The notes: generated by a model from the letters alone, not told the origin. A DNA stretch of 64,000 nt from Octopus vulgaris (GCA_951406725.2 OX597840.1:434001-498000), one strand, 5' to 3'; counted from the stretch's first letter, positions 1 to 13,299 are shown. A program made the numbers and translations.

Positions 1-522
1 TATTTGTTGGGATATGAAATATTTAGTCCACTTTGAACTGTTAAACCCAAACGAAACGACAACAAAGGGAATCTACTGTGAGCAGCTTGAGCGGATTAAG
101 TCAGCGCTAGAAGAAAAACGGCCATCTTTGGTTTCAAGACGAAAGGTGTTTTTCCATCAAGATAATGCTCCGCCATAGGATGACATTTCAAAGGCTTGAG
201 TAGTTTGAATGGGAAACGATACCCCACCCACCATATTCGCCGGACATTGCCCTATCTGATTATATTTATTCCGCCGTCTTCAAAATCTTTTGGACGGAGA
301 AAATATGAATTCTGTAGATGAAGTCATAATAGTACTGGACGAGTATTTTTCATCACAGACAAGTGAATTTTGGAATAGGCGCCTTGCAAGTCTACCAGAT
401 AGATGGAGAGTATTGTAGAAAATGTAGGAGAGTATATTTTTGATTAAAAAGAACTTTGTTTATCTCAATTTTGAAAAATGGAAGAAGTACAAAAATCGCT
501 TTATTTATGGGATGACCCAATA
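1..522 (+). mobile_element. Decayed mariner (DD34D-type) transposon, 3' part with right TIR
   Basis: Manual translation gives ICWDMKYLVHFELLNPNET...YCEQLERIKSALEEKRPSLVSRRKVFFHQDNAPP*, then WETIPHPPYSPDIALSDY and LPDRW..VEN.GEYIFD*, with stops and frameshifts. It ends in TIR-like TTATTTATGGGATGACCCAA followed by TA. Confidence 0.9.
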
Positions 523-600
523 TATATAAAGAATGTAGTAGAATATAGTATAAACTCATCGACCTTCAGATTTCACCCAGTGCTATCCAGTAGAAGTATT

Positions 601-904
601 GTGGAGGCACATGGCCTAGTGGTTAGAGCAGCGGACTCGCGGTCGAGGGATCGCGGGTTCGAATCTCAGACCGGCGATGTGTGTGTTTATGAGCGAAACA
701 CCTAAGCTCTACGCGGCTCCGGCAGAAGGTAATGGCGAACATATGCTGACTCTTTCGCCACAACTTTCTCTCACTCTTTCCTCCTGCATCTTGCGGCTCA
801 CCTGCGAAGGACCGGCGTCCCGTCCAGGTGGGGAGCCTATACGCCATGGTAACCGAGGAAACCGGCCCTTATGAGCCAGGCATGGCTCGAGAAGGAACAA
901 ACAA
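601..904 (+). mobile_element. tRNA(Arg)-like-head SINE, family A (octopus OR/OK-like)
   Basis: A box TGGCCTAGTGG, B box GGTTCGAATC, body shared with copies at 4768 and 56098, short (ACAA) tail. Flanked by TAGAAGTATT / TAGTAGTATT (TSD-like). Confidence 0.85.
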
Positions 905-962
905 TAGTAGTATTATACGTACTGCCTGATTTGCGTTTGAGCTTCTTTAGTGTGAGAAGAGA

Positions 963-1447
963 TAATTAAATAAGTTGGAGTCGAGAAGAAGGAGTACAGT
1001 TGGACACTTATTTGTAATTGCTACAATTGTTTCTACGCAACGTAGTTCTCCAGATTTGCAGGTATTTGGTTATATAACCGTTCCCTGTATTATGAAATTC
1101 AGTTGTGTTTCCTAAATATTGTCTTCGTAAACTCACATTCTCGGCTTCAAGTGGTTTATAATTAGACTTCCAGTTACAACACTTTTCTTGATACGCTCAA
1201 TGGTCGCTACTACCCGTAGGCCAAGGCAGTTAGATAGGATGCCCTCGAAGCCGAAAATTTGAGTTTACGAAGACAATATCTAAATATCATTTGAGGAAAC
1301 ATAACTAGATCTCATAATGCAAGGGAAGGGTTTACATGACCAAATGCTTGGAAGCCTGGAGATCTACGTTGCGCGGAAACAATTGCAGTAATAACATATA
1401 TAAGTCCAAACGTGCTTTTCGTTGTTGACTCCAACTTATTCAGTTAT
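963..1447. mobile_element. Diverged foldback/MITE-like element with ~190-bp inverted arms
   Basis: AATAAGTTGGAGTC (~968-982) is the reverse complement of GACTCCAACTTATT (~1427-1440). TTGTCTTCGTAAACTCA pairs with TGAGTTTACGAAGACAA. The arms are colinear with many mismatches. Confidence 0.7.
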
Positions 1448-1678
1448 ATACATTATATACAGATACACACGCATGCACCCCCCCACCCCCACACACACAC
1501 CCACACCCACACCCACACACCCACACATATATATACATACACATGTGTGCTTATGTGTATGTATATATATATACAGAATTAACCTGTTATTTAACAAGGC
1601 TGCTAGTTGTGGCTCCAGAGTCGTCATTGCATTTTCGATAAATAGACTCCCACGCAAAATAAAAGGCTTGCCACTTCG

Positions 1679-2112
1679 ATGTATGTATGTACGTATGTAT
1701 GTATGTATGTATGCATGCATGTATGTATGTATGTATGTATGTATGTATGCATGTATGTATGTATGTATGTATGTATGCATGTATGTATGTATGTATGTAT
1801 GTATGTATGTGTGCATGTATGTATGTATGTATGTATGTATGTATGCATGTATGTATGTATGTATGTATGTATGTATGTATGTATGTATGTGTGCATGTAT
1901 GTATGTATGTATGTATGTATGTATGTATGCATGTATGTATGTATGTATGTATGTATGTATGTATGTATGTATGTATGTATGTATGTATGTATGTATGTAT
2001 GTATGTATGTATGTATGTATGCATGCATGCATGTATGTATGTATGTATGTATGTATGTATGTATGTATGTATGTATGTATGTATGTATGTATGTATGTAT
2101 GTATGTATGTGT
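1679..2112. repeat. (ATGT)n microsatellite
   Basis: Direct reading. Confidence 0.97.
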
Positions 2113-2352
2113 GCTGGCATGTATGTATCTATGCTTCTATGCTTACACACACACACACATACACATACACATATAATGTCTAGGAAAAACGTAACATGAG
2201 GGTAATATTCGTTTAATATTTGCTAGCGGTTTCCTTCTTCAGAATTTCACACACAACGGTTGAAGCGCCATCTGGCTGCAATTTGTTCCAGATAGGTGGC
2301 GACAACTCTGTTATATACTCCCTCCACACAAACTCACTCACACTCTCTCTCC

Positions 2353-2855
<503 letters not shown>

Positions 2856-3692
2856 AAATAAATGTATCGCTTTTTGATCACCATGGTGAGAATATCATAT
2901 GATGTAACATTCCACACAACACAAGAACACAGCTAAATGAAAAGGCAAAATAAGAAGATAGAATCAAAGAGACAGAACCATTTACAGAAATGCCAGCTTA
3001 GATACAAGCACAGATACGCCAGTAACGAGTGGAAATTATTAAGAAATTGAGTTTGAAAACATTATTCCAAAAATGACAAATATTCTTAAAATGATTATGA
3101 AAAGATTTTAAAACAAACTTGAAACAGAGAAAATTGAAAAATTGGTATTTTTCACGAAAGTTATTCAAAATCAATAAGGATTAGCGCAAAGAGAGAAAAA
3201 AAAAATAAATAGATTTGTGTTTTGTGGATAGTCTAGAATCTGCCAAATGAGACAGACATAATGGTAAGGTCAATTTACCTATATTTATCAGGAATTGTTT
3301 GTGGAAATGGAAATAAAAATAGTATAGAGAATTTGTGACAAACTAGACAGACGGAAATTAAGTGTGATAGATGTAGATATAGATGTATATATCAGCGACG
3401 ATGTAAGACAAGTATAAAGAGAAGGAAACGGAGTGGGTAAGGAAAGCGAAATGGCGCCGTGAAAGGCAGAATTAGGAGATAATCGAGAGAAAAAATTATG
3501 GGAAAATGTCGTACAAAACTTCAAGCTGCGCATTATGCACGTGTGTTAGGAGTAAAGTGTATTAATTGTGCGTTGTTGAACCTGCTTATTTCACTGCACT
3601 GAGAAATTTATGTATAATGAAATAATTCAGTTTATCACAAAGGTTCTGTATATATGTATGTGTTTGTATATGTATATATCCATACGTATAGT

Positions 3693-3960
3693 TTCTTCTT
3701 CTTCTTCGGCTGTCCGTCGTAGGTCGACGTTGACTTTTCGAGTTCAGAAATCGTCTCTCATCTATGGCAGATTTGTATGTGTGCTACAAGCCCTGCTTTG
3801 ATCTGCAGCAGCGGTTACACTTGCCGCAGATGAAGTTCTTTGACGCAACGGAAAAGTGACGCCGCTCATGTGCTCTTTCCCGTCCTCTTTGCTGTTTCTT
3901 GTCAATGGTTTGAATGATGAGTTTCTGTGACTGTTGCCATCCGTTCCTCCGGTGTCGAGG
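3693..3960 (-). mobile_element. RTE LINE 3' end (copy in a tandem duplication)
   Basis: The minus strand encodes FICGKCNRCCRSK, then (frameshift) AGLVAHIQICHR*, an RTE-type C-terminal zinc finger. A short 3' UTR and a (GAA)n tail follow. Confidence 0.8.
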
Positions 3961-4049
3961 GAAATTTATGTATAATAAAAATAATTCATTTTAATACATT
4001 AGGTTCTGTATGTCTGTGTGTGTATATGTATATATGCATACGTTTATTT

Positions 4050-4540
4050 TCTTCTTCTTCAGCTGTCCGTCGTAGGTCGACGTTGACTTTTCTTGTTCAG
4101 AAATCGTCTCTCATCTCTGGCAGGCTTGTATGTGAGCTACAAGCCCGGTTACACTTGTCGCAGGTGAAGTTCTTTGGTGCAACGGAAAAGTGACGCCGCT
4201 CATGTGCTCTTTCCCGTCCTCTTTGCTGTTTCTACTCAATGGCTTGAATAACGAGTCTCTGAGATCGTTGCCATCCATTCCTCTGCATGGCTTCCTCCAT
4301 CTAGGGGTCGAGGGAAATGCCGGAATTCTTCAGCACAGCCCTCTAATCTAGCCAATTCAGTTCCGCCTGTCCTGACGCTGTTCAGCTTAGAAAACTGCCT
4401 TTGTGGGTCTACCGCCCTCCATCCTGCAAACATGTGCCGCCCAGTGCAGCTCCAGTGAGATAAAGAGAGCCCCCACACTAGCTGAGCTTGCACGGCGCAA
4501 GACCTCTACATTAGGAATGCAACCTTGCCATGTGATATAC
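4050..4540 (-). mobile_element. 5'-truncated RTE LINE (ORF2 C-terminus and 3' UTR)
   Basis: The minus strand encodes ITWQGCIPNVEVLRRASSASVGALFISLELHWAAHVCRMEGGRPTKAVF*AE, matching the RTE motif I.WQD.IPN.EVL.RA...LRWAGHV.RM...R.PK. It has the same 3' end as 3693-3960. Confidence 0.85.
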
Positions 4541-4767
4541 AAAATGGAGCGCAGATAATAAATTTGGACATACTTATCTACATATTATAAGTATTGATAT
4601 AGATATTTATGAACAGTTGTACATCCACAACTGTACCTAGTCTGTCCTTCATCATCGGGACGGATAACACTTGTAAAAGCAATTGTTATCAGCTAACAAG
4701 ATATCAGATGTTTCGTTCGCTGGTAACCAGATGTGCATCTTACATTAGCATATTAGAAGTATTTGAG

Positions 4768-5154
4768 TGGAGGCGCAATGGCCCAGTGGTTAGGGCAGCG
4801 GACTCGCGGTCATAGGATCGCGGTTTCGATTCCCAGACCGGGCGTTGTGAGTGTTTATTGAGCGAAAACACCTAAAAAGCTCCACGAGGCTCCGGCAAGG
4901 GATGGTGGTGATCCCTGCTGTACTCTTTCACCACAACTTCTCTCACTCTTACTTCCTGTTTCTGTTGTACCTGTATTTCAAGGGGCCAGCCTTGTCACTC
5001 TCTGTGTCACGCTGAATATCCCCGAGAACTACGTTAAGTGTACACGTGTCTGTGGAGTGCTCAGTCACTTACACGTTAATTTCACGAGCAGGCTGCTCCG
5101 TTGATTCGGATCAACCGGAACCCTCATCGTCGTAACCGACGGATTGCTTCCACC
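4768..5154 (+). mobile_element. SINE family A (different 3' tail)
   Basis: tRNA-like head TGGAGGCGCAATGGCCCAGTGGTTAGGGCAGCGGACTCG...GTTTCGATTCCC. 13-bp TSD with one mismatch: AGAAGTATTTGAG (4755-4767) / AGAGGTATTTGAG (5155-5167). Confidence 0.9.
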
Positions 5155-5320
5155 AGAGGTATTTGAGAAAGAACAGCTCCCACAAACCTCTCAGATAACT
5201 GATTTTCGCAAGTGTTAAACATGCAACGAAACTCTAGATTTAATACCATGGTATTGTTTGTTAGCTTCAAAAAGATAAATATATGTGTGTACATGTGTGT
5301 GTGTTAGTGTGTGCGTGTGT

Positions 5321-5941
5321 GCGGCGAGCTGGCAGAATCGTTAGCACGCCGGGCTAAATGCGTAGCCGTATTTCGTCTACTGTTACGTTCTGAGTTCAAA
5401 TCCCGCCGAGGTCGACTTTGCCTGTCATCCTTTCAGGGTCGATTATATAAGTAGCAGTTCCGCACTGGGGTCGATGTAATCGACTTAATACCTATGGCTG
5501 TCCTTGTTTACTCTCTCTTTTACTCTTTTACTTGTTTCAGTCATCTGACTGCGGCCATGCTGGAGCACCACCTTTTAGTACTTATTCTATCGGTCTCTTT
5601 TTGCCGAACCGCTAAGTGACGGGGACGTAAACACACCAGCATCGGTTGTCAAGCAATGCTAGGGGGACAAACACAGGCACACAAACACACACACATATAC
5701 ATATATATACATATATACGACAGGCTTCTTTCAGTTTCCGTCTACCAAATCCACTCACAAGGCATTGGTCGGCCCGGGGCTATAGCAGAAGACACTTGCC
5801 CAAGATGCCACGCAGTGGGACTGAACCCGCAACCGTGTGGTTGGTTAGCAAGCTACTTACCACACAGCCACTCCTGCGCCTTCTATGTTTAACCCCTTGT
5901 CCCCTCTATGTTTAACCCCTTGTGGGTAATAAAGAAATAGG
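5321..5941 (+). mobile_element. SINE family C (Meta-domain-like), split by a family B insertion
   Basis: Head GGCGAGCTGGCAGAATCGTTAGCACGCC...GAGTTCAAATCCC; central GCCTGTCATCCTTTCAGGGTCGAT (MetaSINE/Sauria-like core). The tail resumes at 5881. Confidence 0.85.
5511..5880 (-). mobile_element. SINE family B
   Basis: Minus-strand head GGCGCAGGAGTGGCTGTGTGGTAAGTAGCTTGC...GGGTTCAGTCCC, internal TA/TG tract, tail TGACTGAAACAAGTAAAAGAG. Confidence 0.9.
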
Positions 5942-5957
5942 TGTGTGTGTGTGTGTA

Positions 5958-6019
<62 letters not shown>

Positions 6020-6269
6020 AGAGAGAGAGAGAGAGTGAGAGAGCGAATCACATTGTGTTTGCGCGTGTGTATAAGATTGTCATTAATGATTGTCGCTTAG
6101 ATTTCTGCTTAGGAACAATATATATTTGTACCAGATAGAGTCAAAAGCATTTAGATTTTCGCTGATGATTTTTGTTAATTCGATACGAGTGTCCAATCGT
6201 TGCTGAATTTTTTAGTCTTTATTTTCACGTAAAAAATATAAAGAACGACCCTTCATCATTGTTGTATAT

Positions 6270-6400
6270 GCAAACGGTCAGTGTTTTTGCCAAATAAACA
6301 CTCGCACTATATATTCGTTCATTACTGTACTTATTTTAACACATCTCCATTGTCCAGAAATCTTTCGTCACATATCAGTGACATCTTCAGCGACAATTTC
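6270..6400 (-). mobile_element. PLE pLTR-like fragment carrying a hammerhead motif
   Basis: Homologous to 12890-13030 (shared TGTTTTTGCCAAATAAACAC) and contains a hammerhead motif. Confidence 0.6.
6350..6396 (-). ncRNA. Minimal type I hammerhead ribozyme motif
   Basis: Minus strand: UUGUCG-CUGAAGA-U-GUCAC(UGAUAU)GUGAC-GAAA-GAUU-UC-UGGACAA. Stems I and II pair. Confidence 0.7.
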
Positions 6401-6429
6401 TGTCCTTGTGTGTGCTCCTGCTCATAAAG

Positions 6430-6484
<55 letters not shown>

Positions 6485-6659
6485 CATGATCACCATGACC
6501 GACCAGGCTATCAGATGTTGCTACACATCGCTGGTAACAATGCGCCTCGCATTGTTTTAGCTAAGCGAGCAGGCCAACAGAAGAAAGAGTGAGAGAAAGT
6601 TATGGCGAAAGAGTACAGCAGGGACCACTGCCCTAACCACTGGACCATTGCGCCTCCAC
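6485..6659 (-). mobile_element. Internally deleted SINE family A with a third tail type
   Basis: Minus-strand head GTGGAGGCGCAATGGTCCAGTGGTTAGGGCAG joined to CCCTGCTGTACTCTTTCGCC body and a GCTAAAACAATGCG...GGTCGGTCATGGTG tail. Confidence 0.7.
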
Positions 6660-6985
<326 letters not shown>

Positions 6986-6989
6986 GTGT

Positions 6990-7125
6990 GTGTGAGCGTT
7001 TGTGCATGTGTGTCTGTTTGTTCTCCCACACCGCTTAACAACCGGTGTTGGTGTCGATTCATTCCACTCAGATTCTTCAAAAGAGGGTGCCCCAGCATGG
7101 CTGCAGTTTATTCACAAAAAGAAGT
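6990..7125 (+). mobile_element. Degenerate SINE family B, 3' part
   Basis: CCGCTTAACAACCGGTGTTGGTG...GGTGCCCAGCATGGCTGCAGT. Confidence 0.55.
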
Positions 7126-7650
7126 AAAAACAAAGAAAAACACACACAAAGAATATAAAATAGATATAAATATACACATACATATCTTCATACATATATA
7201 CATATTCCTCCACCTCACGCATGCGTATTCATGTATTAAATAGCTGCAGACCGACAATGGACAAACACACGCTACAAGGAAGAATAGGAGAATGGGTGAT
7301 TACAATCAAAATAAATGTTGGACCGAAATGACGGAAGATCCGTTCCAAGACGTTTATCGTTTGATCAGATAAATACCATTTTGGCAGCAATTTCCGATTA
7401 GTCTTGATTGTTCCTCAAGGCCTCTGACAATGATGAATGGTATCCTATTGGAGAAAGCATTATCCAAGACATCATCCACCACGTGAAATAGTTCCAATTC
7501 CGAAATGGTTTCAAAGAAATTTATTTATATTAAGACAAAACCCTTTACCTGATACTAAAAATAATTTTCGCGGCCGGCGACCGACGGAATTTGCGAAAGA
7601 GTAAAAGCATTTCTATACCGTTTAAACTGCGTGTATAATGTTACTGCTGA

Positions 7651-7651
<1 letters not shown>

Positions 7652-7710
<59 letters not shown>
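7652..7710. repeat. (ACT)n microsatellite
   Basis: Direct reading. Confidence 0.95.
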
Positions 7711-7714
<4 letters not shown>

Positions 7715-7729
7715 GATAATAATAATATA

Positions 7730-7951
7730 TATTTCTTTACTGCCCACGAGGGGCTAAACACAGAGGGAACAAACAAGGACAGACAAACGGATTAAGTCGA
7801 TTACACCGACCCCAGTGCGTAACTGGTACTTAATTTATCGACCCCGAAAGGATGAAAGGCAAAGTCGACCTCGGCGGTATTTGAACTCACAACGTAACGC
7901 AGACGAAATACCGCTAAGCATTTCGCCGGCGTGCTAACGTTTCTGCCAGCT
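7730..7951 (-). mobile_element. SINE family C
   Basis: Reverse complement of the family C sequence (TTTATCGACCCCGAAAGGATGAAAGGCAAAGTCGACCTCGGC). Confidence 0.9.
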
Positions 7952-7957
7952 TAACGC

Positions 7958-8860
7958 TTTTTACAATGAAATGATAAAAACAAAGTATATATACATGGTA
8001 TACATTGAAAAAGAAGGGAAATGTGCCTAGCATACAAAGGTAAATAAAAAAAAAATGGCATGGAGGATGATAGAGATGTGGCCCTCCTGATACAGGAAGG
8101 CCTCTATGGATAATCGAGGAACTCCACTGTCCGAGATTTCCCTGCAAACCCAGGAGCAAGTGCCCTCTTCAGTTCCTTCTCTCCTACTCACAGGTCTACA
8201 CTTAGAGAGGTACCATCCACTCTTGCCATTTTCGCAACTGTCACCCACCTTTCAATAAACTCACTCGAGGACAGCAATTCCTTCTCCACTCTGAATGTCC
8301 TTATCAAGTGAAACTTGAACAAGTTAATGAGTGTTCTACTAAAGAGGAATGTATCTGTCCTCATGCTTTTCGGCCTTGTCCTCCAAACAACCACTTTCGC
8401 CACAGCCACCAGACAAAGGAAAACTGCCTTGCCTGCCCGCTCAAAGGAGTTGGTGGGGCGAGCATCACTACAGACTCGGCCAAAAGACGGATCTGTCCCA
8501 CATGTGACAGCAGCTGTTCAACATAACCTCATAAATCAGCAATGGCCGAAAACCGAACGACGTCTTGCAGAATGGTTTCGTCACTCTGCGCGCACCTTGG
8601 AAATGTCCGTCTGGCAGCACATCTGTGCCGGGAGAGTTTATCTCGAACCTGTAGCAGCCCCACTCTGGTAGCTCTACCAGACCAAGAACATCTGAAAATT
8701 ATCCATGATAGTTCCCGACCGGAAAGCCACTTTGTTCTCGTCGGCGCCCAGAGTCATACCGAGAACGTCGTCGCACTTCTCCGCCACTAATCCTCTGCAA
8801 ATTTCTAAAGCGGAACATCTACCGATCCCATTACCCGACTGGTGAACGCCTGGCGACATT
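7958..8860 (-). mobile_element. Tx1/L1-clade LINE 3' fragment (zf-RVT region and ORF2 C-terminus)
   Basis: Minus-strand pieces MDNFQMFLVW, PRCAQSDETILQ...GYVEQLLSHVG and AVAKVVVWRTR...LFKFHL..FRVEKELLSSSEFIERW resemble Tx1 ORF2 ends. The T-rich 3' UTR ends in a short A run. Confidence 0.7.
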
Positions 8861-8878
8861 CTATATCAGTGTGTGTGC

Positions 8879-8915
<37 letters not shown>

Positions 8916-9486
8916 TGTCTGCATTTTACCCGAACCGCTGCTAGAGAAAAGGTCTCTGTGGTTACGAGCCCGTATTAGCAGATGATAGAATAACCCCCCC
9001 CCAAAGGAAAGAAAATACTGGCGTTGATTCATCCAAGTAAAAATTCTTGAAGGAGGTGGCCTTGCATGGCTGCAGTCTAATGAGTGAATCAAGTAAAAGA
9101 TAAAATGTAAAGCATATATACATACATAAATATTTATATATACATATACATCCATCTATTGACGCACACACAAAGACAGGTACGCGCGTACACACATGCA
9201 CAAACATATTTATAACATCTATTTATAGACACTCCTTCATGAAGAACCAAACGTCATGTTCACGTCTAACGAAACTTGACCTGAAAGGGCAAAGGGAGGT
9301 AATTAAACATCGCTCTGAATTTAATTCGATGTTGTATAGTTTAAACGAGTACACAACATTACACAATAGCAAGACTTACCATTAACTACACGAAGACACA
9401 TACAATTCCACATATTCTTGTAGTAATAGAGGGAAATAATAATCGATTTGTATAAAAATATTCAGAAACAAATATGGACGCATTTC

Positions 9487-9542
<56 letters not shown>

Positions 9543-9704
9543 TAAGTGCCTACACACACGTTTATATATATGTGTATATAACTGTTTGTATTAATATACA
9601 TGTGAAAATCATATACACGTACACAAAGAAATATACGCGTATGTGTGAGTATAGTGTACCTATATATATATAACGCGTATGTGTTTCTGTGTGAGTATAG
9701 TGCA

Positions 9705-9785
<81 letters not shown>

Positions 9786-10001
9786 GAGCGAGGTATAAAT
9801 AGTAGCTGCACGACAATGTGAAGTATATTTGGCACTTAAATGTGGCTAACCACTAAGGGTGGATGCTACTGTGGCTTGTAGCCCCAGGAGAACATCTTCT
9901 CCATCTGGCTATTGATACATTTCTGTGTCCTAACAGTATTTGCAAAGGGAAGCCATCCTTCCCATCGTCGACCTGATGTGATACGCACGGACCCGGGTTT
10001 C

Positions 10002-10080
<79 letters not shown>

Positions 10081-11017
10081 GTGTGTGTATAAGTTTATGT
10101 ATGCTGGTATATTTTTTTATTTGTATGTATGTATACGTATTGCACATATCTACGACTGTAAATATATATGTTTTTATATGTATATACAGAAATATGTATA
10201 TGGCTATGTATCATATATTTATGTACATATATTTCTGTATATATGTATTTACTTATTCGTATATGCGTGCCTCCATTTATGCTTGTATCCTAGATGTATT
10301 TGTGCACGTTTGTGCGCCGATATAAATACACGCACACAAGAAATCATAAACACACTCACGATTATATAAAGTACATATACACACAAACAACACTCCAACA
10401 TACATACACACACACGCGAATTTATATATATATATATATTTATACTTGTGCATACACACGTATATACATGAAATTATACGTAACACAAGATATAATTCGA
10501 ATCTATGTTATTTTTATATTTTAAATAACGCTTCATCATCGCCATTTCTATAATTCTCCCCACACAGTTTCATTTTATAGAATAACACAGACAATATACG
10601 GATAATATTGAATAATCACACGACATTATTCCGTGTTGGGACATAATTTTTCATCTCTCGGAGAAACAAAATCATGAATTTAAAAAATAGATAAATAAAT
10701 AAAATAAAATATGTAAAAGCAAAAATATAAATAGAAATAATAATAGAAATTGAAGAAAAAACTAAAAAAAAACGAAAAACAGAAACTAAAAAGAAATATA
10801 CATTCTGAGAACAATAATAATGATGATGATGATAATAATAATTATTAATAATAATAAAGATAATGATATTAATGATAGAAATAATAATGAAAATAGTAAT
10901 GTCATATATGTATACAACGCACACACACACATATATATATATATATACATATACATATGTGTATATATTTGCATATATATATATATGTATGTATGTACAT
11001 GTATGTGTATATATATG

Positions 11018-11048
<31 letters not shown>

Positions 11049-11104
11049 GAATATATATATATATGTGTATATATATATATACATATATATGTATATATAC
11101 ATAC

Positions 11105-11186
<82 letters not shown>

Positions 11187-11401
11187 GTATATATATATAT
11201 ATGAACATATGTATCTTTGTCATGTTAATTAAAATGAAATATAAGACAATAGGAATTCACAGACTGATACGGACATTGACAGAAGGAAGATGGAATTAAG
11301 AGAGAGGCGAGAGAAGGGAAAGAGAGAGGAATATGAGAAGAAGAAAGACAGACATACACTGTTACTGTGTGAGAGAGAGAAAAAGACCGAGAGAAAGAGA
11401 A

Positions 11402-11461
<60 letters not shown>

Positions 11462-11652
11462 TGAGATGGAGAGATGGATGGAGGGAGACAGAGTTCTGGT
11501 TATAAAATTAGGCAACGACGAAATGGACGGAAACTTGTGTTTCGGAATGTGTAGAATTCACGTGTTTATGCTGACAATATTACGCATATGTATACATACA
11601 TACATACATACATACATACATACATACATACATACATAAACACACACACATA

Positions 11653-11693
<41 letters not shown>

Positions 11694-11694
<1 letters not shown>

Positions 11695-12105
11695 CTCTTT
11701 TACTCTTTCACTTATTTCAGTCATTTGACTGCAGCCATGCTGGAGCACCGCCTTAAGTCGAGCAAATCGATCCCAGGACTTATTCTTTGTAAGCCCAGTA
11801 CTTATTCTATTGGTCTCTTTTGCCGAACCGCTAAGTGACGGGGACGTAAACACACCAGCATCGGTTGTCAACCAATGCTAGAGGGACAAACACAGACAAA
11901 CATATACACACACATACATATATATAAATATATGTACATATATACGACAGGCTTCTTTCAGTTTCCGTCTACCAAATCCACTCAGAAGGCATTGGTCGGC
12001 CCGGGGTTATAGCAGAAGACACTTGCCCAAGATGCCACGAAGTGAGACTGAACCCGGAACCATGTGGTTGGTAAGCAAGCTACTTACCACACAGCCACTC
12101 CTGCG

Positions 12106-12107
<2 letters not shown>
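11694..12107 (-). mobile_element. SINE family B, full length
   Basis: Complete head, body and tail matching the other family B copies. Confidence 0.92.
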
Positions 12108-12157
<50 letters not shown>

Positions 12158-12161
12158 CGTG

Positions 12162-12378
12162 TATTCTTTATTCTTTTACTTGTGTCAGTCGTCTGATTGT
12201 GATTGCAGCCACTTTGGAGCACCACTTTTAGTCGAAACAAATCGACCCCATGACTTATTCTTTGTAAGCCTAGTACTTGTTCTATCGATCTCTTTCGCCA
12301 AACTGCTAGGTTACGGAGGCGTAAACACACCAACACCGGTTATCAAGCGATGGTGGGTGGGGGCCCAACGCAGACACA

Positions 12379-12420
<42 letters not shown>

Positions 12421-12525
12421 GGAGTCTATAGTAGAAGACACTTGACTAAAGGCCCACACAGTGAGACCAAACCCGGAACCATGAGGTTTTTAAGCAAGTT
12501 TCTTACCAAAGAACCACGCCTGCAC
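12162..12525 (-). mobile_element. SINE family B, older internally deleted copy
   Basis: Diverged match to family B. Confidence 0.75.
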
Positions 12526-12529
12526 ATGA

Positions 12530-12656
12530 ATGCATATATGTATGTATGTGTGTAAGTATATATGTATATATGTATGTGTGCATGTATGTATGTATGTGTG
12601 TAAGTATATATGTATATATGTATGTGTGCATGTATGTATGTATGTGTGTATGTATG

Positions 12657-12687
<31 letters not shown>

Positions 12688-12890
12688 GTATATATATGTA
12701 TGTATGTATATATATATGTATGTATGTACGTACGTATGTATGTATGTGTGTATGTATGCATGCATGTATGTATGTATGTATGTATGTATGTATGTGTGTA
12801 AGTATATATATATGTATGTATGTTATGTATGTACGTATGTATATATGTATGTATGTTATGTATGTATGTATGCATGTATGTATGTATGTT
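12530..12890. repeat. (ATGT)n-derived compound microsatellite
   Basis: Direct reading. Confidence 0.9.
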
Positions 12891-13150
12891 ATATTTCGGG
12901 ATGGTCCTTTTGTTTTTGCCAAATAAACACACGCAATATATTTTCTTTCTTCAATTGTTTTTATTTTTGTTTCCATGTCCATTGTCTGGAAATATTTCGT
13001 CGCACATCCTGTGACCTTTTCAGCGGCTCTCCATCCCATATTTCTGACCCTGTTCTGTTTAGTTCATTCCGTCTTCATATCTAAACACGTTAAGAAGGAA
13101 AATATAGTGTATGTGTTTATTTGGGAAAAAGCAAATGACCCTCCCGATAT
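12890..13150. mobile_element. PLE pLTR-like element with ~60-bp inverted ends and a degenerate hammerhead (12982-13028, minus)
   Basis: CGGGATGGTCCTTTTGTTTTTGCCAAATAAACAC is inverted to GTGTTTATTTGGGAAAAAGCAAATGACCCTCCCG. Minus strand reads CUGAAAA-G-GUCACAGGAUGUGCGAC-GAAA-UAUU-UC. Confidence 0.6.
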
Positions 13151-13245
13151 GTGACAACATCTGTTTCATCAAGAATCTTCTAAAACAAATACATAAACGT
13201 ATAATACATACAAACATACATACACACAAACACACACACACACAC

Positions 13246-13290
<45 letters not shown>

Positions 13291-13299
13291 AATATATAA

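Noticed and set aside
601-680. tRNA gene-like sequence (also at 4768 and 56098)
   Set aside because: The acceptor stem does not pair and the sequence continues into a repeated body with TSDs, so these are SINE heads.
3040-3260. ILKMIMKRF*NKLETE, reminiscent of a LINE RT N-terminus
   Set aside because: Too short and degenerate to call.
5650-5900. Recurrent ORF ...[18 protein letters not shown]... at many loci
   Set aside because: It is the antisense reading of SINE family B, not a gene family.
9830-10005. GC-richer island between TA tracts
   Set aside because: Probably a repeat fragment, but no protein or RNA motif could be assigned.
11545-11565. GTAGAATTCACG resembling the 3' half of miR-263/183
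   Set aside because: No seed match and no hairpin.
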